Below are positions 1-12,209 of a DNA stretch of 64,000 nt, piece after piece. The stretch is from Geosiphon pyriformis uo1. Its lineage: Eukaryota; Fungi; Glomeromycota. The notes under the pieces were generated by a model, which was given only the letters and a program-made list of their open reading frames with translations, did no database searches and was not told where the DNA came from. Position 1 is the first letter of the stretch, and each line of letters begins with the position of its first letter. Where the stretch lies: contig JAAOMT010000109.1 of NCBI GenBank assembly GCA_016748015.1, positions 21,820 through 85,819 on the forward strand. Direction: 5' to 3'. Position numbers and translations under genes: made by a program.

Positions 1-64
1 ATTCTAAAAATTGAGAAATCTAATCACATTTTCATTATAGACAATTGTGAAAATTTTTTGTTTA

Positions 65-1824
65 TAATAATTTCTTTTTGCAGTTTTTTGGTTTAAGTTG
101 AAAATATTTTTTTATTTAAAAACTTTTGAAATAGGATAAATAAAAACTTGCATGTAATTTTATTTCTTACAATTTATGGAGCTTTTTTGAATTAACATTT
201 AAATTTATGTATATTAATAATTAAACTTTTTATTAATTGAAAATAATATTTTTTGATAAAAAATTCTTAAATTTAATTTAAATTTTCATAATTTTAGATA
301 AATATATAATAATAATTGTAACACAGTTTTTAAATTGTTTTCTATTGAAATGTTATGTATTGTTTAAGTGTAAAAAATATTTTAAAATATTTTTTGATTA
401 TTTAAAAAAATTAAGCATATATTAATAATAATAATTTTAAAATAACTTTATTTTATACAAAATTTTTTCTACCAAATTTATTTTCTACAAAATATTTATA
501 GAAATTTAACTCTTAAAATTAAACAATAGATTTAAATTTTGATTTAATAAAAAAAATTGTTTTAGAATTAAATTAATTCTTAATTAAATTTTACTTTTTT
601 TAATAATAAAACTGTATTATATAAAAACTTTAAAATACTACAACTAATTTGACAAGTACTAGTTTTTACATTAACACTAATAATATTATTTAAATTGTTT
701 AAAATATTTAATCTTTAAAATAAAAATTATGTTAATCATAGAAAATATCTATTTTTATTAAATACTATAAAAATATAATTACAATAATTACACAAATATT
801 TAAAAAATGTTTTTACTTTGTTAAAAACTTTATTTTTTCATAAAAAAATTTTTACTTTTCTGATTTTTTTGAATAAACACACTAATTTTAAAGTTTAGAT
901 ATTAGTTAACACAATTAGCTTAACTGAAGNNNNNNNNNNNNNNNNNNNNTAATAATTTCTTTTTGCAGTTTTTTGGTTTAAGTTGAAAATATTTTTTTAT
1001 TTAAAAACTTTTGAAATAGGATAAATAAAAACTTGCATGTAATTTTATTTCTTACAATTTATGGAGCTTTTTTGAATTAACATTTAAATTTATGTATATT
1101 AATAATTAAACTTTTTATTAATTGAAAATAATATTTTTTGATAAAAAATTCTCAAATTTAATTTAAATTTTCATAATTTTAGATAAATATATAATAATAA
1201 TTGTAACACAGTTTTTAAATTGTTTTTTATTGAAATGTTATGTATTGTTTAAATGTAAAAAATATTTTAATTTTTAAAATTATTTTAAAATATTTTTTGA
1301 TTATTTAAAAAAATTAAGCATATATTAATAATAATAATTTTAAAATAACTTTATTTTATACAAAATTCTTTCTACCAAATTTATTTTCTACAAAATATTT
1401 ATAGAAATTTAACTTTTAAAATTAAACAATAGATTTAAATTTTGATTTAATAAAAAAAATTGTTTTAGAATTAAATTAATTCTTAATTAAATTTTACTTT
1501 TTTTAATAATAAAACTGTATTATATAAAAACTTTAAAATACTACAACTAATTTGACAAGTACTAGTTTTTACATTAACACTAATAATGTTATTTAAATTG
1601 TTTAAAATATTTAATCTTTAAAATAAAAATTATGTTAACCATAGAAAATATTTATTTTTATTAAATACTATAAAAATATAATTAGAATAACCACATAAAT
1701 GTTTAAAAAATGTTTTTACTTTGTTAAAAACTTTATTTTTTCATAAAAAATTTTTTATTTTTCTGATTTTTTTGAATAAACACACTAATTTTAAAACTAA
1801 TTTTAAAGTTCAGATATTAGTTAA
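65..1824. repeat. ~850 bp near-identical direct duplication flanking the gap (65-909 vs 950-1824)
   Basis: TAATAATTTCTTTTTGCAG... restarts right after the Ns and stays colinear to AGATATTAGTTAA. Copies differ by scattered, mostly C/T and G/A, changes and two short insertions (~1271 and ~1795). Confidence 0.92.
930..949. other. Assembly gap (20 N)
   Basis: Run of N at 930-949. Confidence 0.99.
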
Positions 1825-2544
1825 ACTAAAGTTGAAAAAAAATTTTGTTTAACAAATTGTTTTTTAATATTATTTATTTTTTCTTTATTTAAAAATTTTC
1901 TTAGTAAATTTGAAATTTGTTTTAAAGCATATTATTTTAAATTAATTATAGTTTTAAACATAAATATAAATTTTTATAAAAGATTACAAATATTAAGATA
2001 AATGTTTTAAAGTAAAAATTTACTATTTATATTAATTAAATTTAAAATAAAAAATTTTAATTAGTTTTTTTTTTCGAAAATTAAAAATTTAATATTATTT
2101 TTAATATTTTTTAAAGTTAATTTTTTGAAAATTGGATATTTTGCTGTTTATAAGCAAAATAATTAGAATATTTATTATTATTAAATAAATACTATTTGAT
2201 AATATTCTTAATAATAATTTTTAAGTTTTTTAATATATTAGATATATCTCTTTATATTAAAATTTTTACACTAATAATTTTTTATTTGTTGATTTATAAA
2301 TATAGTAATTAGAAAATTTAAAGCAATATAATTAAATAGCTAAGATAAATTAGTTAAAATGATTTTATATTTTTTGTAAAATAATTAAAATAGAATAAAT
2401 ACTCTTAATTTTTTTAAAAATTTAGTTTTATATAATAAAATATATATTTATATTAATAAATTCACTTTTAATATTTCAAAAAATTTATTAATTAAAATTT
2501 TTTCATGTTATAAAATATTATATATATAAAAAAACTTCTTTCTT

Positions 2545-3598
2545 TTTTACCTCTAAAAATTCTCAAAAAAGCGCATTCTCTACAAAAAGAAGTTTTTTTT
2601 GTTTTTTTTAGTTTATATTAATATTTTTTTTACCTAATAATAACTCATTTTTCATGAATATTGAGATTACTGCAAGTAACATCACATCTAAGAAAAAGAT
2701 GTCTAAGAGTACTTTTCATGGTTCTGTTGATGGTTTCTTTTCTCAGAAGAAAAAAGTTGTTTTTAGTAATATTAAACACTCTAATGATGAAAGAGATATA
2801 TCCTTGAGTAAATCTAAGCCTAATGGTAATGTATATTCTAATGTAAAGAGCCTATCTGGTGATGATGAGGATATTAGCATGTTTGGTGCAATTGGTGGGT
2901 CTTTTTTGAGCTCAACTGTTACCACACCCAAGACAAAATAAGTCAACATTAGTACTGTTTTTGGTTCTCCATTCAGTTCTCCCAATTTTCATATAAATAA
3001 TGATGAAGTTGTACTCCTTTCTCACTTGTTTATCTCTCTTAACAAGAAGTGAATTGAACCAAAGATTATTAAAACTCCTGTAGAAGTGTCAGTTAAAAAG
3101 TTATTTGCTTTAAATATTAATCTTTTAGCTGTAAAAGAGAAATCAGCAATGGCAAAAACTCAGTTAATCAGAAAAATTTTTTCATCAGTCAATGGTTTTG
3201 GAGGGATCACTACCTCCTCAAAATTTGAAGGGATCATCAGATCTACTTTTACTTCTGAAAAAAGCATGGAAATGGCCACCTCATTGGTCAGAGAAAAGGA
3301 AATTGTCATAAACAGCAATCTCAAAAGACAAAGAATTCATTCAGATCAAGCTGTGTTCATCAAAAAAATTCCCATGAATACACCAAAAAAAATGATCATT
3401 GCTACATTAACTGAGTTTGGTAAAATTAAGTTGATCAAAGTTCAACTAATTGGATTATGGCAAAAGGCTGTAATAGAATTTGCTGAATCAGATCAGGCTG
3501 AATTTTTGGCTGCTAAATGGTCCTTTCTAATTGGTAAAAATTTGATATGTGTAGCTATGACTAAAAGAGATTGCAATACTTGGACATCAAGGAATCAG
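2545..3598 (+). mobile_element. LINE-a 5' fragment: 5' UTR and N-terminal half of ORF1 (RRM-like), truncated
   Basis: 5' motif CTCTAAAAATTCTCAAAAAAGCGCATT is shared with the LINE starts at ~21068 (+) and ~63110 (-). ORFs 2654-2941 and 3086-3607 match ORF1 of LINE-c and LINE-e (KKIPMNTPK..EFGKIKLIKVQLIGLWQKAVIEF..KWSFLIGK). Confidence 0.88.
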
Positions 3599-3987
3599 AA
3601 TTATTAGGAATTTATGGCAATTACTTCGAAGGATTTAAATTACAATTGCCAATACTATTAGGATTTTGATTACCACCACCTCAACCAAATTTTGGAAACA
3701 CGAGTCTCTGGGAGATAATGGCATCAAAAGAAAAGGAAAAAAAGGATTAAGAGTTTAATTATCAAAATCCAATTGTAGAAAAACCAGAAATTGAAACTTT
3801 GAATTTTCAGACTTAGCAAAATCAAAACAATCCAAACTCTAACATTAATAATTAACAACACATACCTCCAGTAATCATCATCAACTCACCACTGGTTGCT
3901 CCATAACAACAGCCACTGCTGCAATCTCAAATTCAATTATCACTTCAATTATCACTTCAATCATCACAACAACTAAACTTAAACCCA

Positions 3988-5355
3988 ATGGCCTATGCTC
4001 CAATAGCAAAACTCGAAAAGTTCATCAGCGAAGAAAACAATGCCCAAGTGTGGCTAAACAATGTAGAAAAAGCCATCACAGCCAATGGATAGAATAATGT
4101 CAAAGCCATGCAAGCCATCTCCTATTTTCTTCAAGATACTACTAATTCATGATACCAAAGCTTGATTAATAAACTCCAAGATTTTAATGCATTCAAGTTT
4201 GCATTCCTACAATATTTCAGTAATAATAATAGCATCAACTGATTGGCAAACACTTTTACCACCATCAAGCAAAGAGAAAATGAAGCAGTCACTACATACT
4301 TAGAACACTTTCACAGAAATTTGTGCCAAATTCAAGTTGATTATTTCACAGCACCACAAATCCTAAATCAATTCATTAGAGACCTGTGCAGTAGTATCCT
4401 CTAATGCATATGTTCAATGCATCTAGCAGATCTTCAAGCCACTATTACAAATGCCAGAGATTTTGAAGCAGCTGAACTTAAAGCTAACCATGCTTAAGCC
4501 ATAAATCTAGTTATGAACAGATCATCTGACTTGGATTCCAAATTAAAGCAATTCAGTGAATTAATTAATCAGAAATTAGAGGAATACTTAGCTTACAATT
4601 GCACAATTTATCAACCTTTCCAATAATGCAATAATCAAAGAAACTCCAATTGCACCCAAAATCAATTGTGTCTATCATCATTAATCAATCAACAATGACA
4701 ACAGAAAATGTGTGCATACCACTATTGTGGTAAACAAAGACATTTGCAATTTGAATGTTGCAAAAAAATAAGCAACCAAAGATCAGTTAATCAGTATTAA
4801 AACTCTGATTGCTGATTACAAACACAAAATTACATCAGTAATCAATCACCAGAACAATATCAACTTCAATTACATTACTTTTTAGTAATGCAGCCAATTT
4901 ATCAAACTCCAATAATACAGCAATTATATTCACCTCCAGTATATCAGGCACCAGCATTAATCTATTAACCAACAACACCTGTAATCTATCAATTACTGCA
5001 ATTACAAGTAATTTATCAGACACCAGTAATTTCAACTCCGAATTCAGCTCAGATGACATTAGAAAATTCCAGATTCAGAGTCACTCAAAACTGGAAATCG
5101 GTGATGGTTATTCACCAACCAATTCGCAGCTCATCAGGAACATGCCAGTGAAGTTTAGGAACCAAGTATACCCAAAATCCAAGTTCTCAGAACTATTTAA
5201 GTCTCCTAGTAACTTCAGAAGATGTTACATCCAACAACACAAAACCCAATCACAAACAAACACTTATTAGCAACATACCTCCAGTTATCATTATCAATGA
5301 TGAGTTACTCACAGCTATTTTCCCATTCAAACTTGAAAAACTGACATTCACACCC
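3988..5355 (+). pseudogene. gag: A1 gag (capsid, CCHC knuckle, Q/P/Y-rich tail), same frame as pol
   Basis: MAYAPIAKLEKF..AQVWLNNVEKAITANG.; TTIKQRENEAVTTYL..F; QILNQFIR; knuckle YHYCGKQRHLQFEC at ~4718-4760; many CAA->TAA stops. Confidence 0.88.
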
Positions 5356-5720
5356 TTGTTCAATGAAGTCACACTTGAGGAAAAACCAATTATCATCATA
5401 TACACTAATGCTAAAATTGATGGCCACCCTATTAAACTCATATTAGATAGCAAGTCAGCAGGCAGTATTATCACACAACTTATGGACCAATTAGGTTGCC
5501 AAGTTGATTATGTTGCCAGTACCAGAATCATAACAGCTGATGGAGCAACTAAAACTCCAATTGGCAAAATTAATGATCTACCTATTGAAATCAATGGCAT
5601 CATAGTATCCTTTAAAGTTCTAGTAATAGAAGCAATACAGTACTAAGCACTTATTGGCAATAACTGGTTGTCTAAAACCAACACAACGTTCGACTAAAAC
5701 ACACAGGAGCTTCAACTTAG
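5356..5720 (+). pseudogene. A1 aspartic protease
   Basis: IKLILDSKSAGSII (decayed DSG), IITADGATKTPIG, ALIGNNWL. Confidence 0.9.
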
Positions 5721-6985
5721 CCAGAATGGTTAACACACATGCATACCAGCCATGTGTGGCCATTTCAGGACCACTAACACACCAGCACCACTCATTGAAT
5801 TTGAGGAAGAAAAGAAAAAATCTATCTGGAAAGCCTATCAAGTGTCATGGGCTGAAAATGATCACAACGAATTACTGCCAATACCTTCCTAAGATAACAA
5901 CAGAAAAGAAAAACAAAAAAAAGAACTTATCTGGAATGTTAACCAAGCCTGAGAAGCTGACAATGATCTGGACAAATTATTAACTTGGGAGTAAGAAGAA
6001 ACTGACAAGAGAAAGGAAAAAAAAAGAGAAGAAGAAACAACACTCATCAGTACCACCACTAATAATTCCTATATCTATACCACACCACAACAATCCATCT
6101 ATCGCCAACCAAAGCTCATATGCATTGATTGTGGCAAAAAATTGTCATTAATAGGCACATGCTGTAGTAACAATAAGGAATATGCAATGGTGACAAAATT
6201 CTATTGCCACCCATGCATTCTCAAACACTTTGGAAGACCAAAACGAGTTGGAAAATAGAATAATGAACCATGCTTGGCTTGTAAAGAAACTTTTCTAGAC
6301 AAAAAAATGTGGAATAACATTCCTGGATGAGAAAGAACATGTGACAAATTATGTTAATACACAATTCTAATAAGTGATTGGGTAAAAAAAGGAACACCAA
6401 TAGAAGCTACTTGAAAAAGAACTGTAAAATGTCTGGATAGATATCCACATGATAATAATAAAATTTGGCAAATAGCTCTTGCCAAAATCGAAGAAGTGTC
6501 ACCAAAAGAAATAAAAATAATCAAAAATAATCACCCAGAGCCCATAAAACTTGACTGAGACCCAGAACCAGTCATAAATTTTTTGGATCCAGAATAATTC
6601 CATAAATATTACCAAGAATTAGCACTTACTTGAGAAGAACAAGAACAATGCTTGGAAAAAATCAACACCTAACTATGTGACTACTGTTTAATCCTATGTG
6701 ACTTTCAATATTGTAATGAGTGTAACTTTATTTACAATCCATCACCATGCATAATTTACATGATTTCAGAGAAAAAAAAACTAATTAGCAGCTGCACATT
6801 GGAATTAATTCCAATTCAAACTCTAACAACAATGACAATGAAAATAACAGTTCCAGCTCTGCTCTATATAGCAATAAAAATAACAACAATTCAGACTCCA
6901 ATTCAAATTCTGAAACATTTATTGCACTCCTGATCTTACCAAAGAACAGGAACTGAAATAGTTCAGCAATAATAACAAAGATATT

Positions 6986-7378
6986 ATGTCTGAACATGTA
7001 CATAATATGGATGCAGAGTTTGATTTGAGATATCCAGAAAAAGATTTCATCAAATTGGAATCTTATTTGCACACCTGTATCAATTTTAAAATAGCACTGG
7101 AAATTCTAGCAACAACAATGATACAGTTAGCATCTAGGAATAGCTTAGCCAAAAAGAGAATCAACATTAAAGGAGGAATAATTAACACAGGATATGTAGA
7201 AAATATCATTGCAATGCTACAAAATCATTCAAAAAAGGCCTATATTATAGAGCCAAATGAAAAAATAGCATAGACAATATTCCTGCTTCTGGTAAAAGTG
7301 GTTCAATTAGTATCAGTGAGAAACAGAAAAAAATTAGAGATTACAGCTTAAGGGATACAGAGATTTGGATCAACAGGT
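6986..7378 (+). pseudogene. dut: A1 dUTPase domain within pol
   Basis: All five trimeric dUTPase motifs in decayed form: DAEFDL, ASRNSLA, GGIINTGYV, EKIA(Q)TIF, (R)GIQRFGSTG. Confidence 0.92.
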
Positions 7379-7899
7379 AAAATAGATGTATCAATTAAAA
7401 TGGCAAAAGAAGAAATTGTTGACAAGGGAGAAATTATCTCCACTCATCAATCAATTTTCATTTCATCATATAACCAGTACATAGTAGTCATAAAGCAAAA
7501 AGTAAGAAATCAGATTCAAATTTTTGAGACAAAAGCAACACTTTGTAAATTAGGAGAGATTGGATTAATCAATCTACATATACCAGCCAAAAACCACAGT
7601 CACATCAAAATTCCTATTTACAATAACATGAGAAACGTCATTAAGATACCAGAAGAAACCACTATTAGATACTTAATTACTAAAATTAAAGACCAACTGC
7701 TGGACACCATTCCAGATTTTCCACAACTGTGTGGATATGTAGATATCACATCACAAACAATCTATGGATGAGAAAAATGTTATCTGCTCCAACCAGAACA
7801 ATTGGAACAAATAAACTTGGGAAATCTTAACTTACTTCAACAGATACAACTCAAGATATTACTCAACAATTTCAATAACATTTTTGCCAGTAAAAACGA

Positions 7900-9210
7900 A
7901 TTTGGCAGAACTGACATCATTCAACATTAAATCAAGACTGGAGATACAATGCCAATCAAGCAAAGAGCATACAAAATACCACCAGCCAGCCATGAGATTA
8001 TTCGGCAAGAAATCAATTGGATGCTTAACAACAGGTTAATTCAGCCATTAATAAGCTTATGGTCATTACCAGTAGTACTAATACATAAGAAGAATGGAAA
8101 AATCTGATTTTGTGTGGATTACTGAAAATTAAATAGAATGACCAAAAAAAATAGCTATCTAATACCAAAGATCCAAGAGCTGTTTGACACTTTTGGAGAA
8201 AAGAAATGGTTCTTGACTTTAGACTTAGACAGCAGTTACTAGCAAATAGCTATAAAACCAGAAGATAAAGAGAAAACAGTGTTCACAACATGAGAAAAAA
8301 TTTTGAATTCGAAGTTATGCCATTTGGCTTGATGAATGCTCCAGCCACATTCCAACAGCTGATAGAAATTGTCTATACTGGACTATTGTAAAAATTGGTA
8401 GTTGTTTACTTAAACAACACCAATGTGTTCTCCAAAACATTTAATGATTATCTACATTATCTCCAACAAATATTTGAAAGACTCAGATGAGCAGGATTGA
8501 AATTAAATGCAAACAAATGCTTTTTTGGCAAAACTGAACTCAAGTTTTTGGGACATGTTGTGAGCAAAGATGATATCAAAACGGATCCAGATAAGATAGA
8601 GATTGTTAAGAACTTTTCAGTACCAAATAATTTCACAGAATTAAGAGCATTCTTGGAATTTGCTAGATACTACTGCCACTTTATCAAAGTTTTTTCCAAA
8701 ATAGCTCAACCACTACATCAACTCCAAACAAAAAACACCAAATATAAATAGGCTAAAACTCAACAAGAAGCTTTTGATACATTAAAAAGAAAGCTTATTT
8801 AAGTCCCAGTACTAATCTATCCAAATCATAGTAAGCCATTCATAATTACAACTGATGCATCTGGTAAAGCATTGGGAGCAGTACTATTGCAGAAAGAACT
8901 GGATGAAAGAGAACATTCAGTAGCTTATGTCAATAGAAGCTTAAGTCCAGCCAAAAAAAATTATAGAACTCCAACATTGGAATACTTAGCAATCTATTAG
9001 GCTGTCATCAAATAGAAAGAATACTTGAGTCAAAAGTTTGATGTGTATACTGATCACAAAGAATTGACTTCAATCCAGAAGCAAAAATTTGGAGACAATT
9101 GTTATACCAGATGGAAAATAAAACTTTTACCATTTAATTATACAGTACATTATAAAAAAGGAAAAAAAAATGGAAATGCTGACAGATTGTCATGAATGAG
9201 ACAAATCTAA
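7900..9210 (+). pseudogene. pol: A1 reverse transcriptase and RNase H
   Basis: FCVDY(R)KLN, LDLDSSY(W)QI, MPFGLMNAPATFQ, VYLNNTNV (YLDD), FLGHVVS, TDASGKALGAVL, YTDH, NADRLS. Confidence 0.93.
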
Positions 9211-9240
9211 AAACATTTTAATCCAAAAATATAACAAAAG

Positions 9241-10653
9241 ATAAATATACAAAAATATTAATAACTCTAACATTATATAAATATACAAAAATATTAATAA
9301 TTCTAACATTATATAAATATCCAATTGTTCAAGGAGAAATTATTTCAAAAGGAACAAAGAAACATAAAACAACAATCAAAATATTTTATCAACCATTAAA
9401 ATATACTTTACCAGAAGAACCAAAGAAATCTAAATCAACCAATTAGAGTAATCACAGAACCAAAAAAAGAGACAATATTATTCAACATGCACTCAGATCT
9501 AACAGCAGGACATTTTTATAAAGAAGCAACTATAAAAAAAACCAGAAAAAAATATTATTGGCCATTAATATACCCAAACATTATCTAATATGTTCAAAAT
9601 TGTGATGCTTATCAGAGAAAAAGAGGAACAAAACCCAGTGAACTGTTAAGACCAATTAAAATGGGACAACTCTTTGATCATATTGGAATTGACTTGGTTA
9701 GACCATTAACAATTACCAGCAGAGGCAACAGATATATTACAGTAGCCATGAATTATTTTACAAAATGGCCAGAAGCAAAAGCCATTCAAAGAGCAGATGC
9801 AGAATCTGTTGCCGAATTTGTTTATCAAGATTTAATTTGTTGACACAGATGTCCAAAAAAACTATTATTAGATCAAGGAACTCACTTTGTGAATAGAATA
9901 TTGGGATAATTAAGTCAAAAATTTGGAATAAAAGAAACATTATTATCACCATATCATCTACAAACAAATGGGCTAGTTGAAAAGTTTAACAGAACATTGT
10001 GTGAAGCTATTGCCAAAATCAGCTAAGAAAACCAGAACAAATGAGATCTGATTATACCATCAGTATTATTTGCTTATTGGACAATGAAGCAAGATATTAT
10101 ACAAGCAACACCATTCGAATTAGTATATAGTAGAACAGCAACATTACCAGTTGAAATAGAAGTCAAAACATATTTAACAGAACCAATAACAGAAGAGAAT
10201 TTTCAAAAAACATTGTTGAAAAGAACATATGACTTAATAGAGACACTAGAAAACAAAAGACAAAAAGCAGCTAATAATATCTAAAAGTTACAAGAAAAAC
10301 AAAAAGAAAGACATGATAACCAACTATTAGAGAAACCAGTTGAATTCAAGATTGGAGACAAAGTACTCTTACATTATATCAAAGTGGAAAAACAATAGAG
10401 TGGAAAATTTGACTTCAAATGGGATGAACCATTTCACATAGAAGAAATTCTTAGAAATGGAGCTTATAAATTAAGGTTGAACAACAAAATTTTAACCAAA
10501 GCAGTACATGGTGATTAATTAAAACACTATTACCATATAATATCATCATTTACCAGTAATATTCCACAATTAGGAGTACAAAAAATACTAGTCAAACCAG
10601 ATGAAATTCCACGAGATCTAAAACCAATTATAATTATTGAACTCAACATGTAA
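9241..10653 (+). pseudogene. A1 integrase (HHCC, DDE, GPY/F-like; no chromodomain)
   Basis: HSDLTAGH..C DAY, IGIDLVRPL, FTKWPEA, LDQGTHF, YHLQTNGLVEKFNRTL, KWDEPFHI..NGAYKL. Confidence 0.92.
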
Positions 10654-10699
10654 AATCAAACAAACAAAAGTATATAAAGACACAGTATATGTGACAAAA

Positions 10700-11340
10700 G
10701 ACAGCAAAAAAATGGAGATTACTAACAGCATTTACTCACTAGCATAACAACTTTTTCAACTAATCCAACAACAAAAAATGGAAATTACAATCAACCAACA
10801 AACTATCAGATACACAAACACCAAAAAAAACCCCAAAATAAAATACAGAAAAAAACAGAAAACACTGTGGACAAAATAATCACAAAAGTAAAATTGGCAA
10901 TAGAAACACAACCAAAAGTTATCCAATATCAAGAGTTGACTATAAAAACTTAGGATTAGTAGATACAATAATTTCCAAAAAACTTTTTTTACTTTTATTT
11001 AGGACAACACTTGAACATTCAGAGCCTATATACAGATAAAACAAAACAATTATTTGATACAACAATACTATAACAACTAGAACAGTTTGTGAGAAAGAAC
11101 AATTTGACCACATAAGCAAGAGCCATTTATTGGCTACACATTGCATTTTAAGACCAACCAAAAATTTTACTTGATCTAGTAATAGATACCATCACTATTA
11201 ACCAGATGGGAAAAATAACCAATGCTCAATTCAAAGAGTTACAAAACAAGATAACCCAATTAATTCTAGAAAAAAAAGTTCAAGAAATACTCAACAACAG
11301 AGAATTAGAATTAAAAAATCTCAATAAAGCTTGATATTAA
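10700..11340 (+). pseudogene. A1 ORF3 (post-integrase ORF of unknown function)
   Basis: Decayed frame reads ..YLGQHLNIQ..(R)ARAIYWLHIAF..TITINQMGKITNAQFKELQ.. and ends at the PPT. Positionally, and weakly in sequence, equivalent to family B ORF3. Confidence 0.65.
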
Positions 11341-11353
11341 AAGGAGAGAATAA

Positions 11354-12209
11354 TATTACTCATAAAATATAGAAAGTATATTAGCATATAAATTAGCCAA
11401 TTAGAAGTAGCCATAGTAAATGTGAAATTCCAGGATTCTTCTTAGAAGAAGTGCAGGATTCCAGAAACTTTAGGATTCTTGTACAAAGAATTGCAGGATT
11501 CCAGAATTCCAGAATTCCTCTCAAAAAAATTGCAGGATTCCAGGAATTCCAGGATTCCTGGTGTGAAAAATTGAGGAATCAAGGAATTTTAATTATGTAT
11601 ATATAGCAGTAGCATTAGAAGTAGAAAAAGACAGATTTTTTAGTTTAGATTTGATCTAAACAATCTTTTACATTACAAATAAATAATTATTTAATATCTC
11701 AAATTCACTTTCCACTATCAACACTTCATATTGATAGTAATTAATACTTGATCACACTGGAACAATAGCTTTTGATCATGGCTATTGATAGAATACTAAC
11801 ATTTATTGTCTTGGCTTATTTCTTTATTTTCTTGTATTTTTTTTACTTTCTTTGTTATTTCTTGTTTACTAATTAATTAAAGGATTAAAAGCACTAAGTT
11901 ATTAACATTACAGATAGTCTGGTAAAAAACCCCAAAAAAAGTATATAGGAATTGAGTATTAAGGATAACTTACCAGAAAGGCATCTCTGCCAAATTACCA
12001 GCCACTATGCTGAGAAAAAAATTCAATGAAATTGCAATTCCGAAAAACTACTAAGAAAACAATAATTGAATCTCTGTTTATTATACAAAAGACTCAACCA
12101 AAATCTTCAGATCCATAACACCTTCAGATTTCCAATACTAATTTAGTTATTGAGCACCAAGTTACAGGTTTGTTATTTGATTTGAGACCTTAAATAATTA
12201 TTTGTAATA
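11354..12209 (+). repeat. A1 3' LTR (~856 bp)
   Basis: Preceded by purine tract AAAAGGAGAGAATAA. Termini TATTAC...GTAATA (decayed TGTTAC...GTAACA). TATATA box at ~11598. Homologous to 40452-41271 and 48183-48993. Confidence 0.93.

Larger units (their letters stand above)
3596..12209 (+). mobile_element. Ty3/Gypsy LTR retrotransposon family A, copy A1 (5' LTR and gag N-terminus lost)
   Basis: Order is gag-PR-(Cys-rich)-dUTPase-RT-RH-IN-ORF3-PPT-LTR. Colinear with copy A2 from ~41860 onward. 3' LTR at 11354-12209. Confidence 0.95.

Noticed and set aside
6986-7378. dUTPase as a host gene
   Set aside because: It is embedded in pol at the same position in two proviral copies and decays like the element.
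11420-11590. LTR repeat arrays as CRISPR or satellite
   Set aside because: No unique spacers and no cas genes; confined to LTR U3; eukaryotic context.
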